Below are positions 53,280 through 64,000 of a DNA stretch of 64,000 nt, one piece after another (positions within the stretch are counted from its first letter, which is position 1; the number at the start of each line of letters is the position of its first letter). A model generated the notes under the pieces. That model was not told the DNA's origin. It made no database searches and saw nothing but the letters and a program-made list of their open reading frames with translations. Made by a program: the position numbers and the translations under genes. The stretch spans positions 4,866,123 to 4,930,122 of the forward strand of contig MU053557.1 of assembly GCA_013239625.1 (NCBI GenBank), written 5' to 3'. This stretch comes from Lama guanicoe. Lineage: Eukaryota.

Positions 53280-56200
53280 ATACCCTCAGCCTCAAGGGGC
53301 CCACAGCTTGGAACAGTGTCTGTGAGCATCTGTGCGTTACCTTGATTTATTGGCAAGAGGTATCCTAAGGTAATTATTTCTTCACTTTACAGCATTTTAG
53401 CTTACAAAAAATTTCACTGGAATGCTCTATTTTCAGATAGCAGGGGAAACTTGTACTATATTGAATATCCAAACAGCTTTAAAATGGAAACCACTGTCAT
53501 TAACAAACTAAAAGAAAACATGTTACATTTTCAGTTAAATATTAGAAAACTTTTGTCTTTAATATGGATAAAAGTTTTATCTAGGTAAGAATTATATCTG
53601 TTCATCTTTTAATCTGATACTTGAAGAACTATTGGGTCAATTAATGATTACAGTTGTTTAGGGGCTCATTAAAAGCTAGCCTAACAATATTCCTCGTAGA
53701 GAAGAGCGTCAAATCCAGAATTAACTCTTCAGATTGGCCAATGGTAGGATACTCCACCCAGAGATCAGTGTATCTCCAATGAATCAGTCCTAAAATGTTA
53801 CTGATGTTTAAGAAAAATCTCAATAGAAGCATTCAGCAGGTATTCAGTATTCAATCTTCAAGTACTAAGCATTCTCTTCTCCAGTGTGCATCAGTCCTTG
53901 GCTTGTCTTGTAGTTCAGGTGGTGTCTCCTGGCTTCTAAAAGTCCAAAAACCCATCTTCACCGCAACAGTTAAAATAAGGAATGACTCCTTTTGTTCCTA
54001 AAAAAGAGAGGGGGAAAAAGTTAAAACAGGGTTGGAGGATTAATGTGACAAATTTAGGAGTTAATAGCTACATTTAAGTTTCTTTTCAAATCTGCAAAAA
54101 GAAAAGAAACGTTTATTTTCATACAACTAACCTGGAGATTCTATCCCTCAATCTGAAATCTGTAAAGTATGCATCTGCTCCTATTTGTGAATTAACTTCA
54201 GACGAATTTGATTTTTTTCAATAGAACCACAAACTCGTTCACAGAGATATTTACACAAAGTAAAGCTGGAAAGTCTGTGATGGACTTTTAAAATTTAGGC
54301 TCTTTTGCACAATATAAGGCATTAACTTTTAGAAATTAATTTTGACTAATACTCACATTCACTATGCAATGCCATTTATATTAAGTAAGTTTTCCTATAA
54401 TATGCTAGTGTGGTTTTTTTTTTTTGGTTGCATAGAATCAGAATCAAGCTTGGAGAATTTTGAATCAGGTGGGCAGTATAAATGTTGATGAAAAACAAAA
54501 AAACTAGACTAACTCTTCCTTTTCCACAGTAACTAAAAATGTATCAAGTTGGGAAAAGATAAAGGAAAGAGATTTTATTTTTACAAATAAGATTAATGAC
54601 AATTTAAGTACAGCGGGCACACATCATCTCTAAACTGCATTAAAAATAGACTGATGATCTGGTTTCTTTTGTCTTCCCTTTTACAGAATACATCCTGCTA
54701 CAGATTTCTGAGGTTGTTCAATTTTAAAATACCTGTTACAAATGATTCCTTCCCCAACTGGTAGATGGTCTGCATTATACACCAGAGTCACAGCAACACT
54801 GTACTCTTCTAGGTCTTCTGATGGTTGTTGTTAATCTGACAAGTCGAAAAGTCTGATAGGTCCAGCAAGCCTTGGATATGTGGGCTTCAGATGACCACAA
54901 ATCAACTCTTGAGCCCATCTTCATTTCCTGTTGGGTTATTTGGTTCTTTTCTCTCCAGCTTTATTGTCCACAGTGAAAAAAAGCTGACAAAAATTTCAGC
55001 AAGCAGATGCAGCTCCCTGGCACTTCTTTGGATTGAGAGTATTCAGAGCAGATCAGTCTCTCCAGATATTTCAAGGTCTTCCCCTGTGATTTGGGTTACA
55101 TTGCTGAATGACCAGCCACGATCCTAGCAGCAATTGGTGAAGCCAGAAAAAGTTAAGCTAGACATAAATGGTAGGTGAAGCCCAGTAAACACTGGAAGGT
55201 AATTCAAGGAAGACCATGGACATGGTAGGATAATGTGATGGAAAAATACTTCTAATCTATTAAATGCCAATAACTTGACATCCATGTATATTATGATACA
55301 TCTATGCTTAGTACTGATGGCTGAAATAGTGAACAGATGGGTTGAGATGCTGAGAATAGAATCATGTGAAGATCCAACTTTGGCTCTACTACCTTCTGAA
55401 ATTCTCCCCATCTCTGCCACACTCAACTAAAGAAATGGTGAACTTAAATGGATTCTAAGTATCCTAAAAATATTTCCTTTACTACTTCTTAAATTTCTTG
55501 AAAAGTACCTCCAGATAATCACATACAGTTGAACAAAAGAAAGTGAAAATGCATTTGGAAGTATCAGATGTAAAACTTTAATATTTCCCTTTAATGTGTA
55601 TAAAAACAGTAATTAGTCTTGTGGTACCTGAACACTTAAATATAGTACTGATGATGGTGGGCATTAGGAGTGATGTCTTGTTCCTTAGTCTTTTGATGGG
55701 CTTCAGAATGGAATATTTCAAAAGATCTTTTCTTGAGAAAAGTAAACAGAAGTCTATTACATGTAAGAAGCCCATCTAAGCTGGACAAGTTGGACTTTAA
55801 AGTCTTTGCACATTCTTGCAAACTGTTAAGACAATTTATAGCTTTTCATGGAAGAAACATCAGGTATATAGATTTCCCCCCCAAAAATCTTATAAAACAT
55901 ATTAGTAAATGTCACTATTGAGGGAAATGATTTCCCCTCAGGAACTGATGTTCCTGCAAATTATAGAGATCTACCCTCTGAAGATTCTTCTAAGAAACTG
56001 AATTCTCTGATGTGGAAGCCCCTGAAAGTATAACTTGCAAATAACAAATCATATGATGTATTTTAAAAGCACTTCTAAAATCTTACCTAGAAAAATGTAC
56101 TATTTTTTTTTCTGCCACCCTCAAACCTGCTATGCTTTCATGGCTTTATATATGGTGGATTTTGTGTAAGTTTTGTTTAGGGCGCTAAGTTCTATGTCCA

Positions 56201-57900
56201 AAATAAAACAAGTCAGATTAAAATTTTGTTGTTTGTATTCTGTGGAGTGGCAAGTTTTAATAGCAAGCAATACTTTGTTTGGAGTCAAAACACAGCACTT
56301 AGAAATGCATTTCTGAAAGTAAATAATATGTAGTATGTTTATGAAAAATCTAATTCTTCAAAATGTTACAAGTCTGTGTTTATGTGATAATTTGTATAAC
56401 TCTTGTATCTAATAATGCTATAAATTTTTTGTAAGATTTTAAGTTGCTTTTATGAAAAATAACTACAATACAAAAGAAGGATTAAACTTAAGTTTAATTA
56501 CAGTTTCTTCCAAGGAAACATACTAACTCAGTGGATCCAACTTCTCATCTTTAAGACCTGGATAAGGCAGGACAAAAATTCTGCTTGTTTATTGAGTAAA
56601 ACACACACAGTAAACTAACAATGGAACTAGCTCAAAACAAGGTAATTTTTTCTGAAGGCTGCCGAATGCCTGAAGTAAAATATTCTAGGTCAGATTAGAT
56701 TTCAATCTAATTTTCAGTTCCAGAAACTGTAACTTGTGATGATCCTATTATCCCAGTCAGCTTTAGGAAAAAATTGGTTTCATTTTGTGAGAAAAAGCAA
56801 ATACACTGTAGATGTCAAGTGTAGTAAGTTCTCAGTTTTGAGACTCTATGTGGTCTTACCTAAACGGTAGGATCATTTCTCAGCAATACTAGCTACCTAC
56901 CTCATTAAGAACTTGTTGATACTAGGATTAGTTGCACAATGATTAAAACACTCAGAAGAGACAATTACGTCCCAGCTATGATGCAGAGGCAGAACACTGG
57001 GCAAACATTAGTGTTTGCTATCCTGAGCTCAAATTTCATCATCTAAGAACCCCACTACATTAAACCTTCAACAGTGAATCCTTCCCAAATACAGAAACAT
57101 GATATCTCAACTTCATTCCTAATGGATGAGCTGCTGGGATGAGGATGACATCAGTTAATTACATTTCTTGAAAAGTATCCTGAGATTAGAGTTTCTTTTT
57201 AAATAACAGAATTTTAAAAATTCAATACTAAGAACATGGACCAAAAAGTTCAGACTAGAGCAGTCATTCAGAAATTAAGTAACTAGAAACAAAAAACAAA
57301 CCGTACCTGCCCACCACTTCCAGGAGGCAGGCAGGTATCAGGAGGTAAGCCCCAGAAGGGGGAAAAGAAAAACGAAGGAATAACAGGAGTCAAACTGTAC
57401 GGCAGCAGTGGAAAGAAATGGCACCGTGCACTAACAATTCTACTCCTTAGTAGCACTAAGAGTGCCACAGACAGAAAGAAAGGAAATAGGTAGCAGCTCA
57501 ATGGTCTTTGCCCCGTTTGCCCCCAACCCCACAATTCGCAAGGACTAACTGCAGAATTCAGTTCCACAGTGGATCCCTGAATATTTGCATAATATAAAAA
57601 ATAAAGTCAAAAGAAAAGAATCATTTTGAAATTAACATCTGTAGCTGAATAGCAACTAAAAGAGGTTTATTTTTGTGACTAGACAAGATGTGTCAAGCTT
57701 TTCAGTTACTTGAGCATGTAAGAGAATAAATGAGGTGCTCTGCAACTGAGAAGATAGACACTGTGGGGGCAATGCCAGACTCACCTCCTGAAATTAGATC
57801 ATATTCACAATTTTCCATTTTAAATGCTAATGCATTAACATGCAGAAAAATTCTTAAAACTGTTAGTCTGAAAGTCAAAATACCATGGCTAACCAGATTC
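53280..57900 (-). pseudogene. Decayed NAIP-like (BIR-NACHT-LRR) NLR pseudogene nested in the last CSNK1A1 intron, same strand
   Basis: More than ten short peptide matches to NAIP in the correct order and roughly correct spacing, broken by stops and frameshifts. Details are in the findings. Confidence 0.75.
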
Positions 57901-58290
57901 ATTATCAAAAATCAACAAGTGTTAGGTCTAGGATTTTGGATTGATTGATTATACCATATTCCCAACACCAAATGTTTATTTTGGAAAGGGTTAATGAATG
58001 AGTAAAAAAGATGCAGTTGTTAAAAATGACCCAAAATCCCAAGAGAAATGATATAATATACACACATATATGTATATACAATACATATACATATATATAT
58101 GAACAAGGACATTTGGGTTTAAAGTTAGTAGTCAAATTTTCCAAGGACGTCTTTTTTTAAAAACAAAGAGCCAAATTCTTATGTATTTTAAAACCACCTC
58201 CTCGATCTAACACTGTTAGAAATGAATAATTACCCAATTTTGTGTTCAATTTTTTTCCCCTGTAACGTCACTTGGTTCTTGGCTACTAAC

Positions 58291-58439
58291 CTTTCATGTT
58301 ACTCTTGGTTTTGTCAGTTTGCTTGCCTGTGGGGGTTTGGGCCTGCTGACCCTGCCCACTTGAAGAGGCTGCCTGCTGTGCTGCTTTCTGCTTTAACATT
58401 GTCCAATCAAATGTGTAGTCATATTGGTGATTCAGGGTC
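58291..58439 (-). CDS. CSNK1A1: CSNK1A1 penultimate exon (149 nt; [49 protein letters not shown][G]); short form 58327-58439
   Basis: Matches CK1-alpha; ttttccag acceptor, gttagt donor and an internal alternative donor. Confidence 0.97.
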
Positions 58440-59384
58440 CTGGAAAATACAAAATTATATACATCAATCCATTAGTAACAGGGTCCAGTTTAATACTGTA
58501 CTGAACTTTCAAAACAATGAGAGCATTTTTCAGGGAAATGAAATCTTTTAGGTGTGGTAGCTTTTAAGAGATTTCTTTCCCTATAGATGACTGTTTAGTT
58601 AAGTCTACTTTTTACATGTTATGATTGGAGAGAAATGATGTCACCACTTTGGTCTGCTGTATTCAAGAAGAATAAATCCTTCCCCTTTTCAAAAAGAAGC
58701 TGCCTTTAAACTTTCCTGAAAGGAGCAGGGGAGTGGGAATGAAAACATGAGCAACTAAAACCAAGTCAAGCTATTAATTATCCAGGGGGATAATGAGAAT
58801 AGGAGGTACCTTCTAAAAATAATACGGAGTAGACATAGGACTGCAAGTCTGTGAAAGAGACATCTACGCTGGTGGCTTGGAAAGACTTTGCTGGAATTAG
58901 AGATTACCTCTAATTCTTCTCTTCCAACTAAGATTCTGAGCTACATATACTCTATTTTCTACATATATAGTTTGTTCCAAGACCATTTGTGGGCTGCACC
59001 TAGGGATCCCAAAGTTTGGGCCTGCCCCTACGCTGTCATAAACTCCATAACCGTCTGATACTTCAACTGCTCTTCAGCTAGAATTGAATAGAGTTCTCTA
59101 TCAAGTTGGGGAGTCCCAAGTGCCACCAACAGCCACTTTTATCTAATGTGAATTGTGTAACTATTGTGGAAAACATACTCTACTTTGAGTCTGATTCAAC
59201 AGTTTCTCCATCCCAAACTGAAATATTTCAACGACATTTGGAAATGGAAAAATGTCAAAACTTACAGGTTAACATTTTATTCATAAGGATTAGACATAAT
59301 TTTACTTGCTACTTGTCAGAATAGATAATGTTGGGTGGATTTAACTAATTTCCCTCGCTGGAGTTTATAGTTTTAAAAACCTAC

Positions 59385-59491
59385 CTGAAAAGAATGCGGA
59401 ATAGCTGCCTCAGGTACATGTAATCCGGGGCTTCTTCAAAGCGCAGCCCACGACAATAGTTTAAGTACATGGCAAATTCTGCAGGAAACCC
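59385..59491 (-). CDS. CSNK1A1: CSNK1A1 coding exon (107 nt; [35 protein letters not shown][R])
   Basis: Matches CK1-alpha; cttgtag acceptor and gtaggt donor. Confidence 0.97.
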
Positions 59492-62036
59492 CTACAAGTT
59501 TAAGAGTTAAAACACAAAGTAAAAAAAAACAAATTTATTTAAGACAGAAAAAAAGAGGTATTTAAATACAAGTGAAAACTGTATTTGAGGATGTTTTACT
59601 ACTTTGTTGGAAGATCTGAGAACTTAAAAAAACTATACTATGACTTGGTATTCACATAAGTTTAACAAAATTTTATCGTCCTGAGCACCTTTTTATGTAC
59701 AATATCTTTTAATACTGGTAGAAGAAAATAAGTATCCTTTTCCTGTATCATGTTTTTAAATAATCCAGATATCCCACTTGTTAATCTATTATTTTATGAG
59801 TATCTAATAATTGGATGGTAACAATGAACAAATGACAAAACGGAAGCCAGCAATGCTCTTTGCTAGAACAAGGTAAGTAATGGGTACTCCATTCTGAAAT
59901 TACTTTTCTTTTTTAATAGTAGTAGAGAAATATATATACACAGAAAAATCAAATCACCAAGAGTGCAATCATACAAAGCAACTGCTATTATGATATAGAT
60001 CAATCCAATGTCCTACAACAGACCAGGCTTGTCTTTTCTTTTTCCCATAACTGTTACTTAATTCCATTCATAAAAGCCTGCTTTTTCCCATTAACAGATT
60101 GCAAGCATTCTTCTAGGTTATTTCCAACCTCTTCACGAACTTCAAAAACACTGCATATTATTTGATCTAGCAAATATATCATAATTAACCTGTTCCCTGT
60201 AATTGGACATTTAGGGGATTCCAATTTTTCTCTATTATAAACAACACTAATAAGTACATCCATGGGCATGAACTTTTTGCTTGTCTGGTTTCTTAGGAAA
60301 GATTCTTGAGGATTTATATAAACATTTTTAAGGCTGTAGATATTGGTCACCAAAGGACTTCGCCCTCAGGAATGTAGAAATAAATTATTAAAACAAAAAT
60401 CCATACAACTCCTCCCCTTGAGTGTATGTGAATTGTTAAGGGAGGTGAGTTAAAAGATGCAGTCTCTTCCCACAATCTTATGCTTTTGAGAAATTTTTCA
60501 CATCCAGAAGGTAGAATGTATACACCTGCAACATTTATTTTTATTGATTGCATTGATGCAAATAGATTTAATTTTTACAAAATACTTTCATACTGTTTCA
60601 TTTTTCAGGGGACAGCTAAAACTAAAATACCGTACATTTTTATTGTTTAAAAAACACTTAATAAGACTTTTAAATTCTGAATATATATTCATGGTCTGTA
60701 TTGATGATAAGCAGCATTTAGCAAACGAACTTGCTTTTACACGTATTACAAACAGAGTTAATGACAACTGAAGAACTGAAGGTCAAATAGTGAATTTTAT
60801 GCGCAGTCACATGAAAACAGGCAAAACCTTGACAAAATCACCAACACCACTTAACGTTACACATATGAAATAAGAAGTGCCTCGGGACCGTGAGATTAAA
60901 AACAATCCCACTACTTAAAGTAATACCTAATACTGCCATGTTCACTGTGCCTGGAATCAATTTTATGTTTCTAATTCAGAAATACATAGTATACAATTTT
61001 TAAGATCAAAATTAAGATGTAGCCCACAAGTAGAGAATGTACCAAATCCTCCCTTTCTTTTCCTGTAAAAATGGCTGAATTTCCCGATAAGGCAATGAAT
61101 CTTTGGAAGTAAGTAGTGTAAGAAAATACAATGTTTTGCTTCCTAAAGTGTAAGATTTTTAAGTTATTTGGGTGGGGAGGACAATTAACATGAATATTTT
61201 ATTCATTAACTTAAAACATATTTCGTAATTTAAAACAAATCCCAAAGAGCCCCAAAAGATCATATTCTCCCAAACCATCCCCTCTTTTCCTGTAGGTGTG
61301 TAGGAAAAGAGAAAGCAAATTTGTGGATGCATAAAAACATCACCATATCCCCCCTTCCACAAAGTACTATTTCAATTCATGCCGATTTCTCCCTTCTATC
61401 GCCCAACTATATAATTTTGGTTTTCTAATCATTTCAGGTATGCAACTGTCACAAAGATGACCAGCGGTCTTCTTTCTATGAAAGGGACCATGATAATCCA
61501 TCATGACAACAAGTATCTTTCCATTCTCAACTCACATGCCTCTCTATAAAGTTTGAGATTTCAGAGAAATGAACCTCATTCATCTATGATGCCATCTATA
61601 CTGTCAAACACTTGCTATATTTCGACCGTTCTGATCTGCCTGCCTTTGTTTCCCTAACTCCTTGATATTCCAATTGTGGATATCCTTTCTTCTCTAGAAC
61701 CAGTTTAGGGATAAGGGGAGTATTTCTTACTTTAATTTTCTCATGGATTGATATGGTTCTATTAGAAAAATTTGCCTGCCTTCTTATTTTTCCTCCAATT
61801 TCGAACAGATTAGATTTTAGGGCTCAAACAAACCAGAAACATAAAACAATTATTTAAAATGACTCATATGTTCAAGCTATTCTTAGAGATATCTAGATCA
61901 TCAAAAATTAAATTTGAAATAATAAAATAGCTACCTAATAGGGTGCTTAGCTTCTGGAGCACAGAAGTAAAATGTTCCCTTTTTGGGGATCACTCATATT
62001 TAAAAAAAAACCAAAAAATTCATCATGTACACTGAC

Positions 62037-62111
62037 CTTACATAAAACTTCAACAGGCGTGGACATCTTCTTTTCACTAATTTTTTCATATTTTTGCTTC
62101 TTTGTTGCAGC
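62037..62111 (-). CDS. CSNK1A1: CSNK1A1 coding exon (75 nt; [25 protein letters not shown])
   Basis: Matches CK1-alpha; ttccacag acceptor and gtcagt donor; phase-compatible. Confidence 0.97.
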
Positions 62112-63152
62112 CTGTGGAAAATGAATTAAACCACACAGACATACTCAACACTACTGAGAAGAACCTTATTAGTTTAACACACTAGACATAAAAGTAAAAT
62201 TTGATATTCAAGAGAAATCATAGCCTAGAATAAAAAAGAATTCCAAGTATAATGCATCTAAATTTTTCTTTTCCTAAACTGTTAACTTTTCACATGACTT
62301 CCTACTTTAAGAACGTTTTTAGTTATTAGGAAAGGGTGAGTCTAACAGGAACATCAAGATGTATGATTTAAGTAAAAATGGGTAGAGTTAAACTTGAAAT
62401 GAGATTTTGGGGGGAAAAAGGGGGGGAGAAATAAGATTTCTTAACCCACATTCAACAACAGGGCAAAGATATAAGCAGATCAATACCATCCCTCCAAAAA
62501 AAGTGCCCATGATTTAGTGACATTTATAATTGATGTTAAGTCAAAGTGTTTCTGCAACAAAGTATTCATACTGGATAATGTTACCTACACAACACTGAAC
62601 TCAGATACTCAATAAATATAGGGACCATTTTCCTTTAAAGGACCAATAAAATATCAAATAGCCATTAAATTCTAGAACATAGTACTTCATCATTAACACA
62701 CAAATACTCACAAAAGTAATGGTAAAACTAATTAATAGCAAGAAGTAAAATGTTAAGATAACTAAATAATACAGCTAGAATTACTAGATAAACCAGTTCC
62801 ACTATACATAAAAGTATAGATTGTCAGCATAATGGCAATACATCAAAATGAGACAGTCTCCACTCTTCTTAGCCCATGTCAAGCTCTATCCCAAAAAGTT
62901 ACTGGTTACCCATGGGGTACCTGCTTATTGTTGCAAAGGAAACTGTTCTTCAGGTGTGACAGTGGTAGTCTATTATTTCCTACTGAATTTCCTATTGAAG
63001 TAATCAGGTTTAATTTTCCCAATAAAAGGTAAAGATAAAGTTATTCACTCTCAGAAAACCTCATACTTGGAAGGGACCTTAAAGGTCATCTCCAATATAT
63101 ATTTGTATTATTAAAACAAAACCAAAACACTGGTAACGTCAGTTTGGCTTAC

Positions 63153-63231
63153 CTTTAGTCCTTGCCATGGCAGGCTGGTTCTATTAAAATACATCAAAAC
63201 ATATCCTAATGACTCCATGTCATCTCGGCGA
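63153..63231 (-). CDS. CSNK1A1: Casein kinase I alpha coding exon (79 nt; [S][26 protein letters not shown])
   Basis: Matches CK1-alpha; flanked by tttctctag acceptor and gtaagc donor. Confidence 0.97.
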
Positions 63232-64000
63232 CTAGAGAAAGAAAACGTAAGTTTGTAAGCTGGAATTACTGTAAAGAACATGTGAAAGTAAGTCAGGTAC
63301 ACAAGAACAAATATTCCCAAGCAAGGACAGAGACTAATTTGGTGTCTAGTGAAAAACTTACTTAGTTTATGTAATTTTTTAAAAGAAGTTCATAATGGGT
63401 TACTTCTAAACAAAATTTTCTTATAGGATCCAAAACTATAAAACACAACATCATCCAGATATTTAATTTTTAAGAAAAACGAAAAGAATTTAGCCAAATA
63501 ATTTTCTAAATGAGGTTACTAATAAAGATGGAAGAACCACGTATTAGGACACACAAGTTTTGCAGAAGCTCACAAAGATAATTTAGGGATGCTGAAATAA
63601 ATTAATATTTTAAAGCTAATTAAACAACTTTATGAATATATAAATGAACATACACTTATATTTACACACACACACACACACACATTCAGACAGAAACATG
63701 TATTTAAGGATTGGTAATACACTGGCTTACAGAAGATGTGAAATTATAGTTTAATTCAAGGTATTCAGATACTCATGGTTATTTCCTAAGCTTAAAACTC
63801 TTCTCATGAAGTCCCCTAATCTGAAAGCATGTAATATGTCATTTCTATGCTTGTTTTAAGAAAACAAAAACAAAAACAAGACTGATGAAAGATGAAGGTA
63901 GATGAAAAACTAGAACCCAGGTCAAAAAATAGAAAGCATAGAAATTATGACAATGTTTAAATCAAATCCTATTAATTTATGTAGGACTAGAAGAGTAGAA

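Noticed and set aside
53936..53997. GTKGVIPYFNCCG as a BIR-like motif
   Set aside because: It lies in the LRR-equivalent part of the fossil and in a different frame from the NAIP-like matches, so it is not counted as BIR evidence.
55341..55356. Exact FSASQ match to NAIP within the fossil
   Set aside because: Out of collinear order; by spacing, the NAIP FSASQ region maps to ~54870-54930, so this looks like chance.
63232..63320. N-terminal part of the ORF 63111-63320
   Set aside because: Intronic read-through; only 63153-63231 is the CSNK1A1 exon.

Overview
Mammalian genomic DNA, probably camelid: it carries several young tRNA-derived SINEs of Vic-1 type with intact target-site duplications (TSDs). 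The GC-rich left part holds the smooth-muscle miR-143/miR-145 cluster on the + strand (CARMN/MIR143HG region). It has an upstream SRF CArG box, and downstream a CpG island with CTCF-like motifs. The middle is repeat-rich intergenic DNA (MaLR LTRs, L1, hAT and SINE elements). The AT-rich right part holds the last five coding exons and 3' UTR of CSNK1A1 (casein kinase I alpha) on the - strand. The main unexplained structure is in the last CSNK1A1 intron (~53.3-57.9 kb, - strand). By manual translation it is a heavily decayed but collinear fossil of a NAIP-like NLR gene: two BIR remnants, NACHT, helical domains and LRR. There are also splice signals that bracket pre-miR-143 and fall inside the miR-145 seed. 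Protein comparisons were made by eye against remembered sequences and need computational confirmation. Nearly all ORFs in the supplied track look spurious.
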